Shown in pieces: positions 27,269 to 35,446 of a DNA stretch of 56,132 nucleotides (within the stretch, counting starts at the first letter, position 1; each line of letters begins with the position of its first letter). Origin of the DNA: an uncultured Oscillospiraceae bacterium (GTDB taxonomy: Bacteria > Bacillota > Clostridia > UMGS1883). The notes under the pieces were generated by a model that was not told where the DNA came from, ran no database searches, and saw only the letters and a list, made by a program, of their open reading frames with translations. The position numbers and the translations under genes were made by a program. The DNA lies in NCBI GenBank assembly GCA_964537995.1, contig CAZICW010000004.1, forward strand, positions 1 to 56,132. Reading direction: 5' to 3'.

Positions 27269-27458
27269 GCGCAGGAATATTAAACCAACAATAATTATGA
27301 AGAGAGTACATATAATATAAGCGGGCGCCGTCAAGATCCCCTTTGCGCCGCGACGCGAGATTAAACCGCTTGCGTGCTTCTCTTATTTTCCTTGCTCCGC
27401 GGATAAGAGAGGCCTGATTCCCGTTTTTGCCGCTGCGGAGCAGGAAACGGAGATTAAC

Positions 27459-28409
27459 GTGTACCCTCCTTTGTACATTATTCTTTTTTCGGTCGGGCTT
27501 TTTTTGCTGCCAAAGCTTCTGGGGCTTCTCGCCCCGTTCATCGTCGGCTTTCTTCTTTATCTTTTCTGCCGCGGAGCGGTGCGGCGGATTTCCGCTCTCG
27601 GAATAGGACGCGGAGTCGCGGCGTTTTTTTCGCTCGGCTTTGTCGTCGTCCTCCTTTTGGGCTTGGCGGCCGTTCTTTTCTCCTTCGCCTACAGCGAAAG
27701 CTCCCGCTTGCCGCAGCTTTATTCGAAGCTCTCGTCAATTGAGGTCAAAAACGAGTACCTTCGGAAATTTATCGCCGTTTTTCGGGAGGATTTCGCCGAA
27801 ACGCTGAAGGCTCTTTCCGTCCGTCTGCTTTCCTGCGCAGAGAATGTCACCGGCTTCCTGCTTGTAATGGTTTTCGCCGTGCTTTCCGCGTTTTTCTTCC
27901 TTAAGGACGAAGAACAAATCGCCGCGGGTCTTCATTCGCTTTTCGGCGGCAGACTTGAAAACGGCGTCGCTTTTTTTAAGGAAAGCGTCTCGTCCGTACT
28001 GAGCGGCTACATCAGAGCCCAGCTCCTGCTTATGCTGCTTACCTTTTGCTTAATTTCGGTATTTTTGCTGCTGTCGGGAGTAAAATACGCCCTGCCGATA
28101 GCCCTCGGAACCGCCTTTGTGGACGCAATTCCCGTATTCGGCACCGGCTGCGTTCTGATTCCGTGGGCGCTGTATAAATTTCTAAGCGGGGAAAACGCCC
28201 TTGCGTTCGGGCTTTTGGCGCTTTACGGCGCCTGTTCGCTGATGCGTCAGCTTTTGGAGCCCAAAATTTTGAGCGCGCAAATCGGGCTTCATCCGCTGCT
28301 CACGCTTGCCGGCGTTTTCGTCGGATACAAGCTGCTTGGCTTCTTTGGACTTATTATCGGACCTATGCTTACGCTGATTTTTGTGACATATATACAAAAA
28401 CAAAAATAA
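27459..28409 (+). CDS. ytvI: AI-2E family transporter / sporulation integral membrane protein YtvI-like
   Basis: Polytopic membrane protein with the conserved C-terminal core (AFVDAIPVFGTGCVLIPWA ... LLEPKILSAQIGLHPLLTL). GTG start lies 7 nt after GGAG. Confidence 0.75.
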   Translation: MYPPLYIILFSVGLFLLPKLLGLLAPFIVGFLLYLFCRGAVRRISALGIGRGVAAFFSLGFVVVLLLGLAAVLFSFAYSESSRLPQLYSKLSSIEVKNEYLRKFIAVFREDFAETLKALSVRLLSCAENVTGFLLVMVFAVLSAFFFLKDEEQIAAGLHSLFGGRLENGVAFFKESVSSVLSGYIRAQLLLMLLTFCLISVFLLLSGVKYALPIALGTAFVDAIPVFGTGCVLIPWALYKFLSGENALAFGLLALYGACSLMRQLLEPKILSAQIGLHPLLTLAGVFVGYKLLGFFGLIIGPMLTLIFVTYIQKQK

Positions 28410-28427
28410 ATTTTGTGTATTTTTATC

Positions 28428-28441
28428 CGAACATTTGTTTG
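28428..28441. promoter_or_regulatory. LexA/DinR (Cheo) box-like operator
   Basis: CGAACATTTGTTTG against the Firmicute consensus CGAAC-N4-GTTCG, with one mismatch in the right half-site. It overlaps the -35 of the downstream promoter. Confidence 0.55.
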
Positions 28442-28467
28442 CTTTTTTGTTTTTGTTGTGTTATAAT
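28439..28467 (+). promoter_or_regulatory. candidate promoter of the radical SAM/TIGR03915 operon (TTGCTT-17-TATAAT)
   Basis: TTGCTT at 28439-28444, a 17-nt spacer, then TATAAT at 28462-28467. Confidence 0.55.
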
Positions 28468-28569
28468 CTATGTGACGATACCTCCGCCGAAGCGACGAGT
28501 GTCATTTTATGCGGGCTTGACAAAGCCTTGCTTCGATTTTACTTCCTTGTTTATTTGAGGTGTTAACAC

Positions 28570-29883
28570 ATGGAAACTCAAGAAAAACTCCGTATTCTTA
28601 CTGCCGCGGCAAAATACGACGCCGCCTGCACCAGCAGCGGCAGCGACCGCAAGAGTACCCGCGGCGGAATCGGAAGCACAACGAACGCCGGCTGTTGTCA
28701 CGCTTTCAGTTCCGACGGACGTTGTATTTCTCTTTTGAAGGTGTTGTATACAAATTATTGTATAAATGATTGCCAATACTGTCTGTGCCGCCGCAGCAAC
28801 GACATTGAGCGCACGGCCTTTGAGCCGCGCGAGCTGGCGGAGCTGTTTATAAATTTTTACTGCCGCAATTATGTCGAAGGGCTATTTCTCAGCTCAGGCG
28901 TAATCAAAAATCCGGACTACACCGCCGAGCAACTGCTTGAAGTGCTTACAATTCTGCGCAAGGAATACTTTTTCAACGGTTATATCCACGTAAAAGCAAT
29001 CCCCGGAGCCGCGCCGGAGCTTATTAACGCCCTCGGACTGCTTGCCGACAGAATCAGCATAAACATCGAGCTGCCCAGCGAAAGCAGTCTTAAGCTGCTC
29101 GCGCCGCAAAAATCCAAGGAAAAAGTGATAAAGCCGATGGGGCAGATACGCGACGGCATAATCCGCCGCACAAACGAAATAAAACAGTTTAAAAGCGCGC
29201 CGCGCTTCGTTCCCGCGGGACAAAGCACTCAAATGATAATCGGCGCGACGCCCGACAGTGATTTCCGGATAATACGGCTCAGTGAAGCGTTATACAAAAC
29301 ATACGGGCTGAAAAGGGTTTTTTACTCCGCTTACGTTCCCATCGGCACTCATCCCGCGCTTCCGAAGGACATAAAGCCGCCGCTGCTGCGCGAACACCGT
29401 CTTTATCAGGCGGATTGGCTGCTGCGCTTTTACGGCTTCAAGGCAGAGGAGCTTCTCAGTGAGGAAAACGACCGCCTTGACCCATTGCTCGACCCAAAGG
29501 CGTTTTGGGCGTTAAATCACCTTGAGTTTTTCCCGCTTGAGATAAACAGCGTCCCATACGAGCTGCTGCTGCGCGTTCCCGGAATAGGCGTGCGCTCCGC
29601 TCAGAGAATCGTTGCCGCAAGACGAAGCGCGCGTCTCGGCTTTGACGACCTGAAAAAGCTGCGCGTACAGCTTAAAAAGGCGGCCTACTTCATAACCTGC
29701 AACGGAAAATATATGTTTCCGGCGTTTAAAATGAACTACGATTTTATTTACGGCGCTCTGATAAGCTCAGCCTCAATGCTGCCGCAGCTTATAGAGCATC
29801 GGCAAATGACCTTAACGGACAACTTCGATTCGCTGTTGCCCTCGACGGAGGAGCGTGTAAAATGCCTGACGGGACAATTTTAG
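28570..29883 (+). CDS. putative DNA modification/repair radical SAM protein (TIGR03916-type)
   Basis: The N-terminus KLRILTAAAKYDAACTSSG is characteristic. It has the radical SAM motif CINDCQYC (CX3CX2C) and a C-terminal helix-hairpin-helix LLRVPGIGVRSAQRIVAAR. Confidence 0.8.
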   Translation: METQEKLRILTAAAKYDAACTSSGSDRKSTRGGIGSTTNAGCCHAFSSDGRCISLLKVLYTNYCINDCQYCLCRRSNDIERTAFEPRELAELFINFYCRNYVEGLFLSSGVIKNPDYTAEQLLEVLTILRKEYFFNGYIHVKAIPGAAPELINALGLLADRISINIELPSESSLKLLAPQKSKEKVIKPMGQIRDGIIRRTNEIKQFKSAPRFVPAGQSTQMIIGATPDSDFRIIRLSEALYKTYGLKRVFYSAYVPIGTHPALPKDIKPPLLREHRLYQADWLLRFYGFKAEELLSEENDRLDPLLDPKAFWALNHLEFFPLEINSVPYELLLRVPGIGVRSAQRIVAARRSARLGFDDLKKLRVQLKKAAYFITCNGKYMFPAFKMNYDFIYGALISSASMLPQLIEHRQMTLTDNFDSLLPSTEERVKCLTGQF

Positions 29884-30626
29884 ACAATTCCGACGTCGTC
29901 TATTCCTACGACGGATCTTATCTCGGCTTTTATACCGTTGTTTTTGACGCGGTATACTCGCGCGTCCCTCCGGCGGACATCGTAACGGGCGACCGCCTGC
30001 AGCTTACCTTTAATACCCGTTTAATCGAAACGGAAACGGACAAAGCCAAGGCGCGCCGCGTAATCAAAGCGGCAAGAGAGAAGCTCGGCTCAAACGGTAT
30101 GCGCAAAATTTACTATGCCTTTCTTTCCGACGGAGCGCACAAGGAAATCGCAATCTATCGTTACCTCATGCTCGGCTTTAAAATCGGGCGCGCCGCCAAC
30201 GGCGCTCTTGCCGACCGAAGCGTTTTTGAGGTTTCGACGCTGGCGGAGAATGTTTCACGTGAAACAGACAAGCTCATGGGGTTTATGCGCTTCTCCGTCA
30301 TGGAGGGAGGAGTTCAGTATTGCCGTTTTTCACCGCAAAACAACCTTCTTCCCATTATGCTGAACCATTTTGCGGGCAGACTGCCGGATATTCCTTTTGC
30401 GATTCACGATACAAGGCACAGACTTATCGGAATTTACGACACAAAGGAAAAATATATTGTCAGCGCGGAGGGCTTTTCTCCGCCCGAAAAGTCAGACGAC
30501 GAAAAAACATTTGAGGAAATGTGGAAGCTGTTTTACAGCGCGATAGGCATAAAGGAAAGGAACAATCCCCGCCTTATGAAGCAGCTCATGCCGGCACGAT
30601 ATTTCCGTCATATATGGGAAATGTAG
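29862..30626 (+). CDS. TIGR03915/DUF4130-type putative DNA metabolism protein, partner of the radical SAM protein
   Basis: The N-terminus VVYSYDGSYLGFYTVVFDAV is characteristic. It overlaps the radical SAM gene by 22 nt and has a GAGGAG RBS 8 nt upstream. No fused uracil-DNA-glycosylase-like domain is present (254 aa only). Confidence 0.75.
   Translation: MPDGTILDNSDVVYSYDGSYLGFYTVVFDAVYSRVPPADIVTGDRLQLTFNTRLIETETDKAKARRVIKAAREKLGSNGMRKIYYAFLSDGAHKEIAIYRYLMLGFKIGRAANGALADRSVFEVSTLAENVSRETDKLMGFMRFSVMEGGVQYCRFSPQNNLLPIMLNHFAGRLPDIPFAIHDTRHRLIGIYDTKEKYIVSAEGFSPPEKSDDEKTFEEMWKLFYSAIGIKERNNPRLMKQLMPARYFRHIWEM
30251..30266. other. parS: parS centromere-like site (perfect consensus), intragenic
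   Basis: TGTTTCACGTGAAACA, a 16/16 match to the Firmicute parS palindrome. Confidence 0.8.
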
Positions 30627-30652
30627 GCGGATTTGTTTCGATACAACACATA

Positions 30653-30680
30653 ACGGGGGAAGCCTTAAGGCTTCCCCCGT
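30653..30680. terminator. bidirectional terminator hairpin between convergent genes
   Basis: A perfect 12-bp GC-rich stem ACGGGGGAAGCC-ttaa-GGCTTCCCCCGT. The flanking U-tracts are weak. Confidence 0.6.
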
Positions 30681-30745
30681 AAAATTTACTTTTTGACCGC
30701 TCCCAAGCATGGAGTCCGCCGCCTGCGGACAGCGCTTTCGCCGCC

Positions 30746-32041
30746 TTAAGCACGCGGAGACGTCGGCGCGGAGGGTATAACCTCCTTGCCGCCCATATAG
30801 GGACGAAGAACCTCGGGAATTGTAATGCTGCCGTCGGCGTTCTGATAATTTTCCATAATTGCGGCAACCGTACGGCCAACGGCAACACCGCTGCCGTTCA
30901 GCGTGTGAACATACCGCGCCTTGCCGCCGACGCCGTCCTTGAATTTAATATTCGCTCTGCGCGCCTGAAAATCCTCAAAATTGGAACAGGAGGAAATTTC
31001 CACATAACGGTTATACGACGGCATCCAAACCTCTATATCGTACTTTTTTGCGGCGGTAAAGCCCAAATCGCCGACGCAGATTTTTACAACGCGGTACGGA
31101 AGCCCCAGTCCCTGAAGCACCGCTTCGGCGTCGCGGGTGAGCTTTTCCAGCTCTTCATAGCTGTCCTCCGGTCTTGTGAATTTAACCAGCTCCACCTTGT
31201 TGAACTGGTGCTGGCGGATAAGTCCGCGTCCGTCACGACCCGCGCTGCCCGCCTCCTGACGGAAGCAGGCGGTATACGCGACGTGCTTAATCGGCAGCCT
31301 GTCGCCGTCCAGTATCTGTTCGCGATACATATTTGTAACCGGCACCTCCGCCGTGGGAACAAGGAAATATTCCGTCCCCGCGACCTTATAAGCATCTTCC
31401 TCGAATTTCGGAAGCTGTCCCGTGCCTATCATGGAGCTGCGGTGAACCATAAAAGGAGGAAAAATCTCCGTATAGCCGTGCTTTTCTGTGTGCGTATCGA
31501 GATAATAGTTCACAACGGCTCTTTCAAGTCTTGCGCCCATGTCCTTATACACATGAAAGCGCGCGCCCGTAATCTTCGCCGCCGTATCGGGATCCAGTAT
31601 GCCCAGCTCCGCGCCGAGATCCCAGTGCGCTTTCGGTTCAAAATCAAAGCTCGTCGGCTCGCCGAAGCGGCGGATTTCCACATTGTCCTCATCGGTGTCG
31701 CCGTCGGGGACGTCGTCATTGGGGATATTCGGTATACGGAGCATTGCTTCGTATATTTTATCGTCAACCTCTCTGAGCTGATCGTCAAGCTCCTTGACCT
31801 TTTCGGACATCGCCTTCATTTCCGCGAAAACGGGAGCAACGTCCTCGCCGTTTTTTTTCATTGCCGGAATTTTTTTCGACGTTTCGTTCCGGCTTGCCTT
31901 GAGCTTTTCCGCTTCATAGAGAATTTCACGGCGGCGGTTGTCGAGAGCTATAACGCCGTCGATGTCAATATCCTCCTTGCGGCGGGCGAGAGCCGCCTTG
32001 ACCCGTTCGGTTTCGCCGCGGATTACTTTCATGTCCAACAT
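30746..32041 (-). CDS. serS: serine--tRNA ligase
   Basis: It has an N-terminal coiled coil starting [10 protein letters not shown] and class II motifs ([43 protein letters not shown]). The ATG at 32041 lies 8 nt after GGAGG. The ORF-track start at 32059 is inside the RBS region. Confidence 0.95.
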   Translation of the reverse strand: MLDMKVIRGETERVKAALARRKEDIDIDGVIALDNRRREILYEAEKLKASRNETSKKIPAMKKNGEDVAPVFAEMKAMSEKVKELDDQLREVDDKIYEAMLRIPNIPNDDVPDGDTDEDNVEIRRFGEPTSFDFEPKAHWDLGAELGILDPDTAAKITGARFHVYKDMGARLERAVVNYYLDTHTEKHGYTEIFPPFMVHRSSMIGTGQLPKFEEDAYKVAGTEYFLVPTAEVPVTNMYREQILDGDRLPIKHVAYTACFRQEAGSAGRDGRGLIRQHQFNKVELVKFTRPEDSYEELEKLTRDAEAVLQGLGLPYRVVKICVGDLGFTAAKKYDIEVWMPSYNRYVEISSCSNFEDFQARRANIKFKDGVGGKARYVHTLNGSGVAVGRTVAAIMENYQNADGSITIPEVLRPYMGGKEVIPSAPTSPRA

Positions 32042-32065
32042 TGCAATTACCTCCAACATAATAAA

Positions 32066-32920
32066 TTACAAATTCATAATATCTATGATACGGATAAGAT
32101 CCTCCATGCTGTAAAAGTCGATTTCTATTTTTCCCTTATCGCTGCCGTTAATCCTTACCTTTGTGCCGAATTTTTCCGCCAAATCCTTCTCTACGTCGGG
32201 ATATTGCGGGTCGGTTTTCTTCGGAGGGGATTTTTTGCGCGCGGATTTTTCCTTCGCAAGCAGCTCCGCCTGACGGACGGTAAGTCCCTCGTCAACGATA
32301 CGGTTTGCGGCGGCAAGCCGCTTTTCGCGCTCCGAAATCGAGAGCAGCGCCCTCGCGTGACCGGCGGAAAGCTTTCCGCTGCGCAGCATTGTCTGAATTT
32401 CAGGGTCAAGCTTCAGAAGCCGAAGCATATTTGCAACATTGCTTCTGCTTTTGCCGACCCTTTCGCTTATACTATCCTGAGTCAGGCCGAAGCGCTCCAT
32501 AAGGCTTTTATAGCCCTGCGCCTCTTCGATGGGGTTTAAATCCTCACGCTGAAGATTTTCTATAAGCGCGATTTCCGCCGCCTGAACATCGCTGTAGCTG
32601 CGGACTATGGCGGGAATCTCCGAAAGCCCCGCCAGCTTTGCCGCTCTCCAGCGGCGTTCGCCGGCAATGATTCTGTAGTATCCGTTTTCGCCGTCGACCA
32701 CAATTATCGGCTGAATCACGCCGTGACGGGCGATGGAATCCGCCAGCTCCTGAAGCTGTTCCTTGTCGAAATTCTTGCGCGGCTGATTCGGATGCGGCTC
32801 AATCAGTGAAAGCTTGATTTTTTGCGCGCTCTCGTTTTCGGCCGTAAGATCGGCGATATCCGCGCTGTCCGTTGATTCAAAGAGGGCGTCGAAGCCTCTT
32901 CCGAGCTGTTTTTTCATCAA
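32066..32920 (-). CDS. parB: chromosome partitioning protein ParB/Spo0J
   Basis: LGRGFDALF N-terminus, ParB box IQPIIV...YRIIAGERRWRAA, and an HTH (QDSISERVGKSRSNVANMLRLL). ATGA overlap with parA. Confidence 0.93.
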   Translation of the reverse strand: MMKKQLGRGFDALFESTDSADIADLTAENESAQKIKLSLIEPHPNQPRKNFDKEQLQELADSIARHGVIQPIIVVDGENGYYRIIAGERRWRAAKLAGLSEIPAIVRSYSDVQAAEIALIENLQREDLNPIEEAQGYKSLMERFGLTQDSISERVGKSRSNVANMLRLLKLDPEIQTMLRSGKLSAGHARALLSISEREKRLAAANRIVDEGLTVRQAELLAKEKSARKKSPPKKTDPQYPDVEKDLAEKFGTKVRINGSDKGKIEIDFYSMEDLIRIIDIMNL

Positions 32921-33699
32921 ACCTCACCTCCGAGAAATTCCTTTGCGAGACTCATATAGCCCTCGGCCCCCTTAGAGCCGCCGTCGTAGTATATTATGGG
33001 CTGTCCGAAGCCGGGAGCCTCGCTGAGGCGGACGTTTCGCGGTATTACGGTTTTATAAACCTTGTTCGGGAAGAATTTTTTTACTTCGTCCGCGACCTGT
33101 ATCGCCAAATTTGTGCGGCTGTCATACATGGTGAGCAGTACGCCTTCGACGGTTATCGACGGATTCAACGCGTTTTTCACTTTTTTTACCGTACTTATGA
33201 GCTGGCTCACGCCCTCAAGCGCATAAAATTCGCACTGTATCGGTATAAGCACACTGTCCGCCGCCGTAAGCGTATTTACGGTTATAAGCCCAAGCGACGG
33301 GGGAGTGTCGATAAAAATAAAATCGAAGTCGTCCTTTACGGGCTTTATCGCGTTTTTAAGCTGATTTTCGCGTCCTATCACGCTTATCAAGTCTAACTCC
33401 GCCCCGCTCAGGTCTATGTTTGACGGACAGACGTACAGATTTTCGTATGCGGTGGGAAGAATTGTCTCCTCCATGGGAGCATTGTCCACAAGACAATCGT
33501 ACACAGTTTTTTCGCAGCGTCGCTTATCAATGCCGAGTCCGCCGGTGGAGTTGCCCTGCGGATCGACGTCCACAACAAGGATTCTTTTCCCCAGCTTCGC
33601 CAAACACGCCGCGAGATTAACCGAGGTTGTGGTTTTTCCGACGCCGCCCTTCTGATTCGCAATTGCTATAACCCTTGACATTTTGCTCTTCCCTTTCAT
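32917..33699 (-). CDS. parA: chromosome partitioning ATPase ParA/Soj
   Basis: Deviant Walker A IANQKGGVGKTTT and typical Soj length. An alternative start exists at 33681 (MSRVIAIANQ). Confidence 0.95.
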   Translation of the reverse strand: MKGKSKMSRVIAIANQKGGVGKTTTSVNLAACLAKLGKRILVVDVDPQGNSTGGLGIDKRRCEKTVYDCLVDNAPMEETILPTAYENLYVCPSNIDLSGAELDLISVIGRENQLKNAIKPVKDDFDFIFIDTPPSLGLITVNTLTAADSVLIPIQCEFYALEGVSQLISTVKKVKNALNPSITVEGVLLTMYDSRTNLAIQVADEVKKFFPNKVYKTVIPRNVRLSEAPGFGQPIIYYDGGSKGAEGYMSLAKEFLGGEV

Positions 33700-33778
33700 T
33701 CGCAGACGATAAAAGCTTCCGTTACGTTACATTATAGCACACAAAATTTATTTAAGCAATAGCTTTTTTGTCTTTTTT

Positions 33779-33794
33779 TGTTTCACGTGAAACC
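33779..33794. other. parS: parS centromere-like site (15/16) upstream of soj
   Basis: TGTTTCACGTGAAACC lies in the 134-nt noc-soj spacer. Confidence 0.75.
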
Positions 33795-33833
33795 TTTCTC
33801 CGAAGGGCGGCGGCTGTTTTTTCGGTTTTTAAA

Positions 33834-34601
33834 TTATTTGGCTATTTTTATTATGTACTCTATGCAGTCGTCATACTCTATTTCCTTGGTGGTTGCAACC
33901 GCGCCGTTCTTTTTTATGACGTCCACGGTTTTCATGAGGGTATTTATAAAGCTGCGCGTACTCTTTGCCGACGTGCGCGGCACAATTCTGCGGCTTGCGC
34001 GCACATTTTCCTCTATCATGCGCTGCACGAGCTTTTCCGACATGGCAACATTCATGCTTCCTTTGCCCATTTTTTCCGCGGCTTCAAGCTGCTGCGCTTC
34101 GCTGTCAAGCCGGAGAAGGGCGCGCCCGTGGCGCTCCGTCAGTCCGTATTCAAGCATTTTTGCGCGCACGTTTTTGCCGAGCTTCAGAAGGCGGAGCTTA
34201 TTCGCCACGGCGCTCTGGCTCTTGGAAAGCATTTTCGCGACCTCCTCCTGCGTCATTTTGTGGTAGCTTATCAGGCGGCTTATGCTTTCCGCTTCCTCGA
34301 AGCAATTAAGATTCCGCCGCTGGATATTTTCCACAATCGACACAACGGCGCTGCCGGCGTCGCTCATTTCCCGCACAACGGCGGGTATTGTTTTCAGCCC
34401 CGCGTTTTTCGCCGCGCGCAGTCTGCGTTCGCCGGCTATCAGCTCATAGCCCCGCGCCGCGCGCCGCACGAGAATCGGACTTATCACGCCGAAGGATTTT
34501 ATGGAGTCGCTGAGTTCGTTAATGCTTGCGGGGTCATAGTACCTTCTCGGCTGAAACGGATTCGGATAAATGAGATTAATGTCAATTTCTTCTGATTTCA
34601 T
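33834..34601 (-). CDS. noc: ParB-family nucleoid occlusion protein Noc-like
   Basis: IYPNPFQPRR and ELIAGERRLRAA ParB boxes, an HTH (QEEVAKMLSKSQSAVANKLRLL), and a position between rsmG and soj. The ATG at 34601 follows a GGAG RBS. The longer ORF-track start is rejected. Confidence 0.8.
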   Translation of the reverse strand: MKSEEIDINLIYPNPFQPRRYYDPASINELSDSIKSFGVISPILVRRAARGYELIAGERRLRAAKNAGLKTIPAVVREMSDAGSAVVSIVENIQRRNLNCFEEAESISRLISYHKMTQEEVAKMLSKSQSAVANKLRLLKLGKNVRAKMLEYGLTERHGRALLRLDSEAQQLEAAEKMGKGSMNVAMSEKLVQRMIEENVRASRRIVPRTSAKSTRSFINTLMKTVDVIKKNGAVATTKEIEYDDCIEYIIKIAK

Positions 34602-34698
34602 GCTTAATTCTCCTTTTTCTGATTTTCTTAAGAAAATTATAGCACAAAATATGTATAAATGAAACAAAAACATTTCGCCTTATAACGACGAAAAAGCC

Positions 34699-35418
34699 TT
34701 ATTTAACAGGCTCTTTCGCGGGTTTTCCGGCTTTTCTCGGATATTTCGAGGGAGTTCTCTGCGTTTTTTTTATTACCACAAGCGAATGCTTAATTCCGCT
34801 TTCGGGAATTTCTATAATTTTTACATCATCAACAATGCCGCCCATTGTCCGTATTGCCGCCGCCGCATCGTCAATTTCATCATAGGGCGAGCCGCCCTTC
34901 ATCGCGATAAAAAATCCGCCGGGCTTGACAAACGGAATCGCGTACTCCGCCAAAACCGACAAATTCGCCACCGCGCGCGCCGCCGCTATGTCGAAGCCTT
35001 CGCGCAGCTTTCCTCTTGCGGCGTCCTCCGCGCGGGCGTGTACGGCAGACGCCTCCTTGAGTCCCAGCTCATAAATTACGCCGTTCAGAAAATCGACACG
35101 CTTGCTTAAGCTGTCCAGCATGGTTATTTTAAGATCCGGACGGGCAATTTTCAACGGCAGCGACGGAAAGCCCGCTCCCGCTCCCACGTCGATGAGCGAC
35201 GCTCCGTAAGCCGCTTTTTCCGAACAAAGCAAGGTTAGACTGTCTATAAAATGCTTTAAAATTATTTCGTTTTTGTCGGTTATCGCCGTAAGGTTTACTT
35301 TTTTGTTATGCTCCAAAAGCAATTCCGTATACACATGAAACTGAAAGAGCTTGTCGTCCGTCAGCTCTATTCCAAGCTTTGAAGCGCCTTTTTTCAGCAG
35401 CTCCGTATATGAAGCCAT
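34699..35418 (-). CDS. rsmG: 16S rRNA (guanine527-N7)-methyltransferase
   Basis: SAM-binding motif LIDVGAGAGFPSLPLKI, with conserved position and size. Confidence 0.93.
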   Translation of the reverse strand: MASYTELLKKGASKLGIELTDDKLFQFHVYTELLLEHNKKVNLTAITDKNEIILKHFIDSLTLLCSEKAAYGASLIDVGAGAGFPSLPLKIARPDLKITMLDSLSKRVDFLNGVIYELGLKEASAVHARAEDAARGKLREGFDIAAARAVANLSVLAEYAIPFVKPGGFFIAMKGGSPYDEIDDAAAAIRTMGGIVDDVKIIEIPESGIKHSLVVIKKTQRTPSKYPRKAGKPAKEPVK

Positions 35419-35446
35419 CGGGCTTCACTCTCCTTCACGCATAAAA

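Noticed and set aside
30905-32539. 544-aa ORF opposite serS and parB
   Set aside because: It is a codon-aligned shadow ORF spanning two unrelated conserved genes. It is an artefact of codon bias.
34602-34673. N-terminal extension of noc (ORF-track start at 34673)
   Set aside because: The extension is hydrophobic and AT-rich and contains the GGAG RBS that serves the ATG at 34601. ParB-family proteins begin near the MKSEEIDINLIYPNPFQPR sequence.
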